This document shows positions 30,190-39,867 of a stretch of 64,000 nt of DNA, piece by piece; the first letter of the stretch is position 1; the number at the start of each line of letters is the position of its first letter. A program made the translations under genes and the position numbers. This DNA comes from Pseudomonadota bacterium (GTDB lineage: Bacteria > Pseudomonadota > Gammaproteobacteria > Burkholderiales > REEB80). The stretch spans positions 323,371-387,370 of the forward strand of contig JAGXAQ010000001.1 in NCBI GenBank assembly GCA_018971485.1. Direction: 5' to 3'. The notes beneath the pieces were generated by a model that saw only the letters and a list, made by a program, of their open reading frames with translations, made no database searches and was not told the DNA's origin.

Positions 30190-33100
30190 TTAATTGACGA
30201 GTATTTCCCTCCAGGAAACCCTTCGGCCTGAGGTGCTGGAGGTGGGAAGGGGAATTTGCATGGAGTTGGTGGTAGCGTTGGATTGTCGTATGAGCGCATT
30301 GATACTCCCGCTAGGTAACTTAATGAGTACAGGGCGGCTTGAAAGGTTGCTCCCCAAGGATATGGCAGACCAGGGCTGGGTTGAGTTAAGAAGGTGCGCA
30401 CCTGTTGCATAATCGAGAACATACAGCCAGCTGCTTCCGCCAGGTTCACATGGGTTGGTATCGGAAGGTTCAATAGTGGTAAAAATCAGGGCCCCGCTGG
30501 CCAGGATGGGATCGCTGACTAACCGTTCTCCTGTATCAGGAAAATCGGCATACCAGCCTTTCTTGACTGACAAATCTACAGGGTTGCTACTGGAGGTTCG
30601 AATTGTGCCGCTTGTTGTAAAGGTTTGCTGCACGAGAGCTCCGCTGCGAAGCCCGGTGATGAGAGGCGTGGATGTCTGATCATCTTCAAGGGCATAAATT
30701 GACTGGGTCTGGGTTGCATGGACATTTTGTCCTGTCCCTGGAATATCTGAATTACCCAGGTATTCCCCGGTTCCTATATAAACCATATGGTATCCATTTA
30801 CTGTAGATAGTTCAGGGGCTGTTGTGACTGGTTGAGGATTGCCCCCGGCATCAGTGAGCTGGGCAAGAGGCTCGACGCTCCAACTATTGACCGTATTGCC
30901 TGACAGATCAAAGCGCCAGACATTTCCCAACAGATCGCCTCCATAGACATAGGATACGGTATCGTCTACATTTCCATTGGTAACAAAACCGCTGATCTGG
31001 GCTAATCCGCTTGGATTGCTGGAAGTGCCTGCCCCGGTATTCAGATCGGCAATCAAGGCTCCAGTTGCTGCATTAAGGACAAATAAGTGGCCTTCGCCAT
31101 CCCCCCCCGTATCTGAGCCGTTATTGTACCCTGATGTGACCAGAACGACCCACCCGGCTGCAGCAGTCTTGACAATAACCGGCTGGCCGAAACTTAGGCC
31201 TATGTTATTGACTACACTTGATGGCGTGCTGTTATCGGGGAACTCCCACAGGGCTTTGGCTGCAACATCTGTATCTGTAGAAGCTGAAGGGTTGGTTACA
31301 TCCAGTGCATAATAGCCCCGGCCCCCGTCACCTAGCCCTCCTACCAGAAGGGTATGCCAGTTTGGTGACGGGGGATTGTTGAGATTGTTCCCGTAGGTAT
31401 AGCTGAAATCTACATCACCGGATACTGGAGTGGCATCTACGTAGGATAGATGGGTAAATCCATTCTTCAGGCTGAGATTAACGAGGGTGCTGGTATCAGG
31501 ATAGGCGCTCAGGCGCGAGTTAAAGAGAAGTCCTGGAACATACGCCCATTTCTCTGCGCCTGTTAAGGCATTGAATGCATGGAGCATGCCATCGTTTGCT
31601 CCTTGATATACCATTTCAGTGCGCCCTTGATTGGCTGTCTTAAATGCGCTATAGCCGTTATCAATGTAATTGTTCATGGGTGCACGGACAATCAGGGGCT
31701 CTGCATTGATGATATCGCCTAGAACGTGGGCACGGGTACGGTACAGGGTGCTTTCATTGGCTCGATCGCCTCTGAGGTAATCCAGGACTGATTGTCCATC
31801 TGATGTTCCCGGGGGCGAGACGGGTGAATCTAACAGGCTCTGCTGGGTGCTGGATAGGCTGGTCCAGGTAAAAGGGATTCCAGCAGAACCTGACCAGGTG
31901 GCAATGTGGCGGGAGGTCCAGGTCAGGTTGTCAAGCTGTGTCTGGGCACTTCCTGCAGTCCAGGTCGGAGTGGAGGTTTCTGGTTGTCCGGTAGTGAGGT
32001 TGATAGGGTATGAAATGAGATCGCCACTCCAGTTTCCTGAGTTGTAGCTGGAAGAATAGGAATAATTGTCTCCTGGTTCAATGTTGGCATTACTGACTGC
32101 TACAGCAGCGGATGAGCTTGTTCGGGTCAGTACATCACTGAAAATGGTATTAAGGCCGCTGTATATATCAGTTGAATTAATGAACAGGCCCCGGCCGTTG
32201 ACAGCTGCATGCCATAAGTCATCAATCGTTGTCTGGGCGACGAACTGGGGTTGGGGCCAGACAATGGCAGGATTAATGGTATAAGGGTCGGTTGTGGCCG
32301 GATTCAGATAAGTTGGAGCCTCGCTCAGGGTTGGTACAGCACCAGGGGCAAGGACATAGATGGTCATATGGGGGTTTGTATTGGTTTCATGGGTATTAGG
32401 GGGGATGGGCACCTGACCGGTAGGCAGGTCAGGTCTAAGGTTCTGTGCATAATAGTAGGCGGCCCAGTCAGCCAGGGTTTCACTATAGCTGTCAGCATAA
32501 GGCGTTCCCATGTTGCCGTCATAATTTTCCGGAGAAATGTCCGGCGGTGTAACTGAGGTGAATGAATTGGTGAAAGGAGGGTTTTCGTTGAGATAGCCCG
32601 GTGTCACGAGCATGTCGAAGTTTTGTTGGCATGCATACTGGATTGGTGCTGATGCACCAGTTTCCTGATAATATTGGGCGATATTGTACAACCGCTCATG
32701 AAAAGGCTGCTGCCAGTTGTTTAAATCAGGCTTGATGGCTGCAATAGCAGATTTCAATGCAGCAGCATTTGCCGGGACGGACATGTCTTCCACCGGGAAA
32801 ACCACGCTGTTGTGCTCAAGATCAGTCATGCCTACTCTTGCCCCACCCAGGGTATCAATTTGCCTGATCAATGCCCCTTTGAGCGAAAGCATTACGGTTC
32901 GGTAGTACTGAAACCAGTTGGCAAAATTTTGAAGTTCATCAGTGTAGCTGCGGCCTGATGGGTAGGTTGTTGTTGTCGGGGTAATTTCATAGAGCACTCC
33001 CTCGCCCGGGTCCATGAGTCCATTCTGATTGGTATCGGTCCAGACATAATAGCTTGCAGGAAACAGGGTGCTGGTATAGGCACGCCCTCCTGCCGGATAG

Positions 33101-33702
33101 TAGGTGCCATTGCAGGTATCACCTGATGTGGAGATATCTACCCCGCAAGGATCAAGATAGGTCCAGGCGGTATAGGTGATGGATTGAGTCAGGTTGATAG
33201 AGCCGGCTGAAGGATCATAAGGATCAAGCAGCGCATTGGTGGGATCAGCATTGGTATAGGGGGTACCATTGATGTCGGTTCCAGGCCAGGGGGAATAGGT
33301 TTTATATGGGTTATAAAACTGGACATTGTACTGATAATCCCGCGCCCGGTAGGCTAGTGGATCAGGGTTGTTACTTTGTCCGAGCAGGTAATAGTAATCA
33401 TGCCCGGTTTCCGGAAACAGATAAAACATGCCATTGAGAAGGTTGGGATTGTTTCCCGGGGTGACCCCATATTCGTAATACATGGAATTGAATGTTGGGA
33501 GCAGGACATCTACATCCATGCCCCCTGAACTGTCAATAGTCAGCATGAGGTTGGGCTTGACGGTATTGGTGACTGCCATCGGCACATTGGAAATATCAGT
33601 GCTGGCGTTTGCGGTCATGATAGATGCATAAAATAGCCACAAACCAATCAAAGTCAGGATAAGATGGACACAGGTGCTTGATTTTATGGGGTATGGTCTC
33701 AT
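30190..33702 (-). CDS. pilY1: type IV pilus tip-associated adhesin/biogenesis factor PilY1 (PilC family)
   Basis: 1170 aa with a signal peptide and an N-terminal 'LTIDSSGGMD' vWA-like segment. The C-terminal beta-propeller region has 'GGDLLGNVWRFDL' and an upstream Asp/Asn-rich loop 'TNGNVDDTV'. It is the last gene of the minor-pilin operon. Confidence 0.85.
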   Translation of the reverse strand: MRPYPIKSSTCVHLILTLIGLWLFYASIMTANASTDISNVPMAVTNTVKPNLMLTIDSSGGMDVDVLLPTFNSMYYEYGVTPGNNPNLLNGMFYLFPETGHDYYYLLGQSNNPDPLAYRARDYQYNVQFYNPYKTYSPWPGTDINGTPYTNADPTNALLDPYDPSAGSINLTQSITYTAWTYLDPCGVDISTSGDTCNGTYYPAGGRAYTSTLFPASYYVWTDTNQNGLMDPGEGVLYEITPTTTTYPSGRSYTDELQNFANWFQYYRTVMLSLKGALIRQIDTLGGARVGMTDLEHNSVVFPVEDMSVPANAAALKSAIAAIKPDLNNWQQPFHERLYNIAQYYQETGASAPIQYACQQNFDMLVTPGYLNENPPFTNSFTSVTPPDISPENYDGNMGTPYADSYSETLADWAAYYYAQNLRPDLPTGQVPIPPNTHETNTNPHMTIYVLAPGAVPTLSEAPTYLNPATTDPYTINPAIVWPQPQFVAQTTIDDLWHAAVNGRGLFINSTDIYSGLNTIFSDVLTRTSSSAAVAVSNANIEPGDNYSYSSSYNSGNWSGDLISYPINLTTGQPETSTPTWTAGSAQTQLDNLTWTSRHIATWSGSAGIPFTWTSLSSTQQSLLDSPVSPPGTSDGQSVLDYLRGDRANESTLYRTRAHVLGDIINAEPLIVRAPMNNYIDNGYSAFKTANQGRTEMVYQGANDGMLHAFNALTGAEKWAYVPGLLFNSRLSAYPDTSTLVNLSLKNGFTHLSYVDATPVSGDVDFSYTYGNNLNNPPSPNWHTLLVGGLGDGGRGYYALDVTNPSASTDTDVAAKALWEFPDNSTPSSVVNNIGLSFGQPVIVKTAAAGWVVLVTSGYNNGSDTGGDGEGHLFVLNAATGALIADLNTGAGTSSNPSGLAQISGFVTNGNVDDTVSYVYGGDLLGNVWRFDLSGNTVNSWSVEPLAQLTDAGGNPQPVTTAPELSTVNGYHMVYIGTGEYLGNSDIPGTGQNVHATQTQSIYALEDDQTSTPLITGLRSGALVQQTFTTSGTIRTSSSNPVDLSVKKGWYADFPDTGERLVSDPILASGALIFTTIEPSDTNPCEPGGSSWLYVLDYATGAHLLNSTQPWSAISLGSNLSSRPVLIKLPSGSINALIRQSNATTNSMQIPLPTSSTSGRRVSWREILVN

Positions 33703-33710
33703 ATCTGTCC

Positions 33711-34244
33711 TTAGAAGCTCAAAATGGCCTGTGCCATGCTCATGGTATTTCTTGGGCCTGTTACCCGAACAGTGACCCGGTAATAGATACGGTTACTTGA
33801 CGAGAAAACAATCGCACCTGCCTTGTTGCTTCCGTTGGCCCCGTTCGGGTCGGATAAACATTGAGTCTGAATGTCGGTAACAGGAAGCGGGCCGTTGCAA
33901 AGACGTTCAATGATGTATTGGACTGCATAACCTGATTCGTTGGTACTGGGCACATTCTGCCAGTTAACAGTTGTGGGTACACCATTGGCATCAACGGGTT
34001 GCATGGTGGCGAAATATTCATTGGGAATGTCTGCCTCTTCGCTGGTAGCCAGGATATTGGGCAAGGCAGAATAAGCAGCTTCAATCCCGGTATCGGAGAC
34101 TTCTCTGGCGGCCTGGCGGAAAGCCATGTTTCCTGCAATCGTATTAGCTGTATCAACAGAGCGAATCAGGGCGATAACCGCTAGGGTCATTGTAACCAGG
34201 GCGATGAGCGCAATGAAAAGTGTCATTCCTCGGCAGGTTCGCAT
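33711..34244 (-). CDS. pilX: type IV pilus minor pilin PilX
   Basis: 'MRTCRGMTLFIALIALVTMTLAVIAL' is a PilX_N-type hydrophobic N-terminus. The position is between pilW and pilY1. The ATG overlaps the pilW stop (TAATG). Confidence 0.7.
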   Translation of the reverse strand: MRTCRGMTLFIALIALVTMTLAVIALIRSVDTANTIAGNMAFRQAAREVSDTGIEAAYSALPNILATSEEADIPNEYFATMQPVDANGVPTTVNWQNVPSTNESGYAVQYIIERLCNGPLPVTDIQTQCLSDPNGANGSNKAGAIVFSSSNRIYYRVTVRVTGPRNTMSMAQAILSF

Positions 34245-35395
34245 TATAGATTGGCCCATAAGACGTTTCTTAAGGGAATAATGGTTTGATACACCCTGTA
34301 GCGATAATGTTGCCAGTTACTATTGGCAGACAGGTCGATAACCGGCGCGGGATCAGAGGTTGAATCAGGCCACAGGCATGGTCCGTTGTTGATTTTTCCG
34401 CTGTTGTTTGTACAAGACTGGCTGACTATATTCCGATCCATCTGGCTTGAGCGCGTGATGATAGCGACGCGTATAGCCTTGATTCGTGCTATGTCTGCGG
34501 CGGAAGGGGTAGCCCAGTTATCCGTGTCACAGACATTTCCACTGCTGGTTGGGTTGACCCAGCAGTTAACAGACTGACTCCCTGACGGAGCAATGCCATA
34601 TTGTGCTTTGAGCATAACGATATTATTTGCAATGGGATTGGTATTGGCAAAACTGCTCTGGCTTGTGCAGGAGGGGGTGCCTGAAGTAGCACTCAGGGTG
34701 GTCATGGTCAGAGTATTGCAGAGTACCTGGAACTGGTGTTCGACGAGATTGCCCATGTCGATGACATAAGAGGGGGGGGTAGTTCCATATCCTTGTGCCG
34801 GAAAGATATTGCTGCCTCCCGGAGGGTTATAAAGTGACAGCCCCGAATCGTGCAGAAGATTGATCCCGAAATGTTGGGTTTGTACGGCTGTTACCTGAAG
34901 CTGCGAGCAGGGTACGCCTGAACCTGGCGATGATACCCAGATGATGTCATTAGCCTGCACCCCGCTATTGTTAGTGACAGTCAAGACAGAGGAAGAGTCT
35001 GGCATCTGTTTTGATAGTGTGACAGGAACACCCCCTACTGCGGAATCGCTGTATAGCGTGGTAATAATGTCGCTGCTTGTGCCACCGCTTTGGATCTGAA
35101 TGGGTGCAATGGCGGTATTTGAACTGATTGTGCCGTTATAATAAGAGTTGAGACTGGTACAAGCCAGTGCGTTCATTGAGGTTAGACCATAGCCTGCCAT
35201 TCGGGCATCAGTTGCAATATCGTGCAATCCCATCAGCCCGCTTTCAATGGTGTCTGCGCCATTTGTGGTGGTTCGTTTCTGTCCTTCGAATACCATATAG
35301 GTTTGCATGATGACGAGCACACTGATAAGGCTGATGGCAATTCCGACCATGATATCCATCATGCTAAAGCCGGATTGAGTGTATCGGTGAGTCAT
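34244..35395 (-). CDS. pilW: type IV pilus minor pilin PilW
   Basis: Prepilin N-terminus 'QSGFSMMDIMVGIAISLISVLVI' (G|F cleavage/methylation motif). Size and position are typical of PilW. Confidence 0.75.
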   Translation of the reverse strand: MTHRYTQSGFSMMDIMVGIAISLISVLVIMQTYMVFEGQKRTTTNGADTIESGLMGLHDIATDARMAGYGLTSMNALACTSLNSYYNGTISSNTAIAPIQIQSGGTSSDIITTLYSDSAVGGVPVTLSKQMPDSSSVLTVTNNSGVQANDIIWVSSPGSGVPCSQLQVTAVQTQHFGINLLHDSGLSLYNPPGGSNIFPAQGYGTTPPSYVIDMGNLVEHQFQVLCNTLTMTTLSATSGTPSCTSQSSFANTNPIANNIVMLKAQYGIAPSGSQSVNCWVNPTSSGNVCDTDNWATPSAADIARIKAIRVAIITRSSQMDRNIVSQSCTNNSGKINNGPCLWPDSTSDPAPVIDLSANSNWQHYRYRVYQTIIPLRNVLWANL

Positions 35396-35836
35396 CTATC
35401 CTCCTATTTGTGCTGTAGTCGTGAATAGATGGGGTGATGGATCCTGCGGGGGTTGCCAACAAACCGTAACGGTGACGAGATTTGCATTACCAATGTCAAT
35501 GCTTTGTCGTGCAGCGCCAGCATTAGGCAGCTCGGAACTGATTTCATTGAGCCAGGATAAAACATTTGTATTGGTCGAGGCTGGGCCCTGTGGCGCGCAG
35601 AGCGTACCAGGTGTGGGATGGTTCGCATAAGTGCTCAGATTATCCCTGTCTGCCCACATGAAGCCAATTATCTGCTCGGCAAGATAACCAGCCTGGGCAC
35701 GGTATAAAGCTTCGCTGGTATTTTTGATTGCATCAGCCTGTAAACCGACCATGGCCAGCAGCCCGATCGAGAAGATCAAGATGGCAATGAGAGATTCAAT
35801 CAGGACGGATCCGCGCTGGTTAAGGGAGGCTGACAT
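35396..35836 (-). CDS. pilV: type IV pilus minor pilin PilV
   Basis: 'QRGSVLIESLIAILIFSIGLLAMVGLQ' is the PilV-type prepilin N-terminus. The ATG overlaps the fimT stop (TGATG). Confidence 0.75.
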   Translation of the reverse strand: MSASLNQRGSVLIESLIAILIFSIGLLAMVGLQADAIKNTSEALYRAQAGYLAEQIIGFMWADRDNLSTYANHPTPGTLCAPQGPASTNTNVLSWLNEISSELPNAGAARQSIDIGNANLVTVTVCWQPPQDPSPHLFTTTAQIGG

Positions 35837-36354
35837 CAGCTTGCCTCGCAGCTTTGGGCGTTGGTTGCAGGCAAAGCGGGATCACAAAGCCGAAGGGCTC
35901 CGCCACTTTGTACGACAATGTTAAGACAACGCATGGTTCCTGGGGGAGAAGCACTCAGGCAGTTTCCCCCTTTGGGATCGGTTATATTGATGGTGACGGT
36001 TGAAGGCGGGCTAACCTGTCCCAGTCCGTTAAAGGTGATTGGATTAAGTGATGTTTGCAAGGTAGCATTGGGTTCCTGGGTGGCATTCCCACTACTTTGA
36101 GTAATAACAGTTGTACTGTTGTCGGGTGTTACTGTCCAATCTGTGCCGTTGAAAGTCAGTGTAACCAGGCTATTGGTTTTAACCGCTTCATCCCGGGCAG
36201 ATTGTAAGCCGTTTAAAGCTGATTCTGCAACAGTCCGGATTTGGTTCTCCTGGATCCAGGATGAATAGCTCGGTAAAGTCAATGCCAGCAGTAATGACAT
36301 GATGAAAATCGCTAGCATCAGTTCAATGAGGGTGACTCCTGAGCAGGGAGTCAT
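35836..36354 (-). CDS. fimT: type IV pilus minor pilin FimT/FimU (GspH family)
   Basis: Short leader 'MTPCSG|VTLIELMLAIFIMSLLLALTLPSY', then 'ALNGLQSARDEAV' typical of GspH/FimT. The start at ATG 36352-36354 overlaps the upstream stop. Confidence 0.7.
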   Translation of the reverse strand: MTPCSGVTLIELMLAIFIMSLLLALTLPSYSSWIQENQIRTVAESALNGLQSARDEAVKTNSLVTLTFNGTDWTVTPDNSTTVITQSSGNATQEPNATLQTSLNPITFNGLGQVSPPSTVTINITDPKGGNCLSASPPGTMRCLNIVVQSGGALRLCDPALPATNAQSCEAS

Positions 36355-36782
36355 TATGGGGGGGTAACTATCCATGTGTTTCCCGAATCTGAGGGTAAGC
36401 TCCCCCAAACACCTATGCCGGTAGTAGCTTCTATGTTCTGATCGTTTATGGTATAGCTAAACCCGTTAGTGAGTGAGCTTGAGCCCGTGGCAGTGGCAGT
36501 AAATCCGCTACCTCCTCCGCTGATGGTGCAGCTGAAGGTAAAATAGGTGCCTGTTGGAAGTGGGGCGCCACAGCTGGTACCAGAGGCATAGGTCATGTTG
36601 TCTTGATAGTATTGTTCCATGGCGACGCGATAGTTAGCGAGGTCATTGGTCGCTTCAGTCAGCGCACTGCGTCGAATGTAATTCTGATAGGCAGGAATAG
36701 CTATGCTGGCTAGAATTCCAACTATGATGGTTGTAACGAGAAGTTCGATCAGTGTGAATCCTGTGGATTTCGTGCGCATCAT
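36354..36782 (-). CDS. pilE: type IV pilin, PilE-like (type IVa prepilin)
   Basis: 'MMRTKSTG|FTLIELLVTTIIVGILASIAIPAYQNYIRRS' is a canonical class III signal peptide with Glu+5. 142 aa. It is the first gene of the operon. Confidence 0.8.
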   Translation of the reverse strand: MMRTKSTGFTLIELLVTTIIVGILASIAIPAYQNYIRRSALTEATNDLANYRVAMEQYYQDNMTYASGTSCGAPLPTGTYFTFSCTISGGGSGFTATATGSSSLTNGFSYTINDQNIEATTGIGVWGSLPSDSGNTWIVTPP

Positions 36783-37074
36783 TTTCTTTCTTGGATATAA
36801 ATCGCACTTCTAGCAAATAATAGCATCAAAATTTGTGAAAGCTAGAGATTGAACCCAATATATTCGCGCCTTCCGACGTTGAACTTAACATCCTGTCAGG
36901 ATTGATTGGAATGGCTTTTTTGTCTGTTGTTTTTTTGCATCACCTGGGTTGCCAGATGCGATAGATCAAGATTGAAAAACTTTTATCCGGGCAGTTAATG
37001 AGGAGGATTGCTTAATCTGCTACCATATCCGAAATTGAGGTTACCTTTCTATTTAGTTAGAGTTTGGATTGTAA

Positions 37075-38013
37075 TTGGCCCCAGCATTGCCCCAGCTTGA
37101 ATCGATAACCATAGCCACCCGAAAAAGTGAGCTGGCCTTGTGGCAGGCGCGTTTTGTACAGCAGGCCCTTGAAACTCATTATCCGGGTCTGCATGTGCAG
37201 CTGCTTGGTTTGTCTACCCGTGGTGATGAGGTGTTGGACCGGAGCCTGAGCAAGATTGGAGGCAAGGGGCTTTTTGTTAAGGAGCTGGAGCAGGCCCTTT
37301 TGGATGGACGCGCAGATTTCGCGGTCCATTCGGTCAAAGACATTCCCATGCGGCTGCCTTCCGGGATGCTGTTGGCGGCAATCATGTCAAGAGATGATCC
37401 GCGCGATGCAATTGTCGGTCCAGTTAAGCATCTTGGTGAACTGGGCAAAGGGAGTGTTGTAGGAACCTCAAGCCTTAGACGGCAAAGCCAGATTCTTGCA
37501 AGATATCCCGATCTTCAAGTCAGGCCTTTACGCGGTAACTTACAAACGAGGTTACGCAAGCTCGATGAAGGCAGTTATGATGCCATTATTCTTGCTGCAG
37601 CTGGTCTCAAACGTCTGAATCTTGAGGCTCGCATCAGTGCCTTTGTGCCTCTGGGTGAAAGCCTGCCGGCATTAGGCCAGGGCGCGCTGGGTATGGAATG
37701 TCTTGCAAAGCGGCGGGATGTGGTCAGGTTGCTTGAACCAATCAACCATGACCTAACAGCCCGTTGCATTCGGGCGGAAAGGGCATTGGGGGAACGTTTG
37801 AACGCAAGCTGTCAGGTTCCTTTGGGTGGGTATGCTGAATGTCATGGGAAGGAAATGACCTTGAAGGGGTTTGTCGCGCGCCCTGATGGGTCGCTGGTGA
37901 TAGCTGCAGAAATGGCAGGAGAGACTGCCCAGCCTGAATGGTTGGGTATTGCCCTTGCTGAGGAGTTGATCGCCCAGGGTGCAGCAGCGATCCTCTCGGA
38001 GCTGGAGCCATGA
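37075..38013 (+). CDS. hemC: porphobilinogen deaminase (hydroxymethylbilane synthase)
   Basis: 'IATRKSELALWQA', 'GGKGLFVKELE', 'AVHSVKD' and 'GNLQTRLRKLDEG'. There is no in-frame ATG near the 5' end, so the start is TTG 37075 or TTG 37087. Confidence 0.92.
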   Translation: MAPALPQLESITIATRKSELALWQARFVQQALETHYPGLHVQLLGLSTRGDEVLDRSLSKIGGKGLFVKELEQALLDGRADFAVHSVKDIPMRLPSGMLLAAIMSRDDPRDAIVGPVKHLGELGKGSVVGTSSLRRQSQILARYPDLQVRPLRGNLQTRLRKLDEGSYDAIILAAAGLKRLNLEARISAFVPLGESLPALGQGALGMECLAKRRDVVRLLEPINHDLTARCIRAERALGERLNASCQVPLGGYAECHGKEMTLKGFVARPDGSLVIAAEMAGETAQPEWLGIALAEELIAQGAAAILSELEP

Positions 38014-38771
38014 ATTCCCTCCAAGGGAGGATTATTGCCCTGACCAGGCCTGTAGGCCAGAACAGGCCGTTACAATCGGCCATAGAGAAGCTGGGGGGCA
38101 GGGCCGCCTTGTTTCCTTTGCTGGAAACAAAACCCGTAGCTAACCCGCAAGAGATTGTTCAATGGGAGTGTTCAATTACGAGGTATGCCTGGTTGATTTT
38201 TGTGAGCGCAAACGCGGTGCGCTATGTCTGGCCTTATATAGCCCCTCATTTGGGAATTATCCGGGCCCGTTTTGCATGTATTGGCCCGGCCACGGCTGCA
38301 GCATTGCTTGAAGCCGGAGTCAGCCAGGTGGTGTTTCCCGAAAGTCGTTTTGATAGCGAAGGTCTTTTAGAGCGACTTCTTGCAGAAGGCGTAGAAGGAC
38401 AGCAGATTACCCTTGTAAGGGGTAGCCATGGGCGTGAAGTGCTGGGAGATACGCTTGCAAGGCATGGTGCCAGGGTAACCCGTCTTGCTGTTTATGAAAG
38501 AGTGCCGGGGTATTCCGCAGCACGGGAGTTGATTGGGGCGGTTCATAAACGTCAGTGTGATGTGATCTGTTTATCCAGTAGTGAAGCGATAGGTGTACTT
38601 AAAGATGTGGCAGGGGAAAAGGACGCCCTGTGGCATACCCCTGTTTTTGTTTCCCATCAGCGCATCATGGAGCGGGCCTGCTTAACAGGATTCAAAGAGG
38701 TTCATTGCACGGCTTCTGGTGATAAGGGGTTGCTCGAAGGCCTTGTTTCGTGGGAAGGCCGTGCATTATGA
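38010..38771 (+). CDS. hemD: uroporphyrinogen-III synthase
   Basis: 253 aa. It overlaps the hemC stop by 4 nt and has a HemD-like two-lobed sequence ('FVSANAVR', 'CIGPATA'). The call rests mainly on position plus weak motifs. Confidence 0.75.
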   Translation: MNSLQGRIIALTRPVGQNRPLQSAIEKLGGRAALFPLLETKPVANPQEIVQWECSITRYAWLIFVSANAVRYVWPYIAPHLGIIRARFACIGPATAAALLEAGVSQVVFPESRFDSEGLLERLLAEGVEGQQITLVRGSHGREVLGDTLARHGARVTRLAVYERVPGYSAARELIGAVHKRQCDVICLSSSEAIGVLKDVAGEKDALWHTPVFVSHQRIMERACLTGFKEVHCTASGDKGLLEGLVSWEGRAL

Positions 38772-38786
38772 GGCAGGATGGTCCGT

Positions 38787-39827
38787 TTATGGTTGTGTTG
38801 GCGTGCCTGATGACGGGGCCTGAAATAAAAAGGCGTCAGTAAAGTAGTTTTCAGGATGAAGTCCTTGCTGAATGAAGGTATCTTGACCGGACTGAATCAT
38901 CTCGGGTGAACCACAGGCATAAATCTGATAGCTTGATAAATCGCTGAAATCATCCAGAATGGCTTGATGAACGTAGCCGGTTCGTCCTGTCCAATGATCC
39001 TCAGGTTGGGGCTGAGACAGCACCGGAGTAAAGGTAAAGAAGGGGTATTCCTGTTGCCAGGACAGGGCAAGATCTTTTAAATACAGGCCGTTGAGTGATC
39101 GCGCTCCCCAGTACAGCATCAAGGGGCGATGGGATTGTTCTTGTTTGATGTGATGTTCGATAATGCTTTTTATTGGAGCGAACCCTGTTCCGCCAGCCAT
39201 GAATATAATCGGTTTTTCCTGTTCCGGTTGAAGGCAGAAAGTGCCTAGCGGGCCCTGAATACGAAGAATGGTTTTTTCCTTTAGTTCGTTAAACACCTGA
39301 CTGGTGAATAAGCCCCCATCGACCTTGCGGATATGTAGTTCAAGAAATGAGTTGTTAGCCGGAGGATTTGCAAGCGAAAAACTTCGCCTTAATCCATCCT
39401 TGAGAAGGATGTCAATATATTGCCCGGCCTGAAAAGTGAAGTTTTCGTTGGCGGGGAGTTTAAGGGTCATGAGCATGACATCCTCGTTCAGAAGCTCAAG
39501 AGATTGGACCCGGGCAGGCAGTGTTTTGACTTCAGCACCATTGCTCTTTTTTAAATCCTGGCATTCGATAAGAAGATTGCTTAGAGGCTTGGCGCAGCAG
39601 AACAAGGCAAATCCTTGTCGCCTTTCTGCTTCTGTTAGGGTTTGTTCCTGATAGGGGCCAAAATCTATGAGACCTTCCAGAATCCGGCCTTTACAGCTCC
39701 CGCAGGCACCTGTTCTGCACCCATGGGGGATAATCAGCCCCTCACGAAGGGCTGACTCCAGAAGGGTTTCTGATGGGTGTGCGGTGATGGTGTGTTCACC
39801 AGGCTTAAGATGGATGGACCAGGTCAT
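38787..39827 (-). CDS. 2Fe-2S ferredoxin-fused FNR-family NAD(P)H:flavin oxidoreductase (AscD / CDP-6-deoxy-glucoseen reductase-like)
   Basis: The N-terminal plant-type ferredoxin motif is 'CRTGACGSCKGRI...CC'. It is followed by the flavin-binding 'RSFSLAN' and the NAD-binding 'FMAGGTGFAPI'. Confidence 0.8.
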   Translation of the reverse strand: MTWSIHLKPGEHTITAHPSETLLESALREGLIIPHGCRTGACGSCKGRILEGLIDFGPYQEQTLTEAERRQGFALFCCAKPLSNLLIECQDLKKSNGAEVKTLPARVQSLELLNEDVMLMTLKLPANENFTFQAGQYIDILLKDGLRRSFSLANPPANNSFLELHIRKVDGGLFTSQVFNELKEKTILRIQGPLGTFCLQPEQEKPIIFMAGGTGFAPIKSIIEHHIKQEQSHRPLMLYWGARSLNGLYLKDLALSWQQEYPFFTFTPVLSQPQPEDHWTGRTGYVHQAILDDFSDLSSYQIYACGSPEMIQSGQDTFIQQGLHPENYFTDAFLFQAPSSGTPTQP

Positions 39828-39867
39828 GCCAGTTTCCTTAATTTATCTTGATTGATGGGGAGCATAT

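Noticed and set aside
36890-36902. 13-bp perfect palindrome ATCCTGTCAGGAT upstream of the pilin operon
   Set aside because: It is too short to distinguish from chance, and I could not match it to a known regulator site (for example, no AlgR CCGT(T/G)CGTC-like box nearby). I noted it but do not call it.
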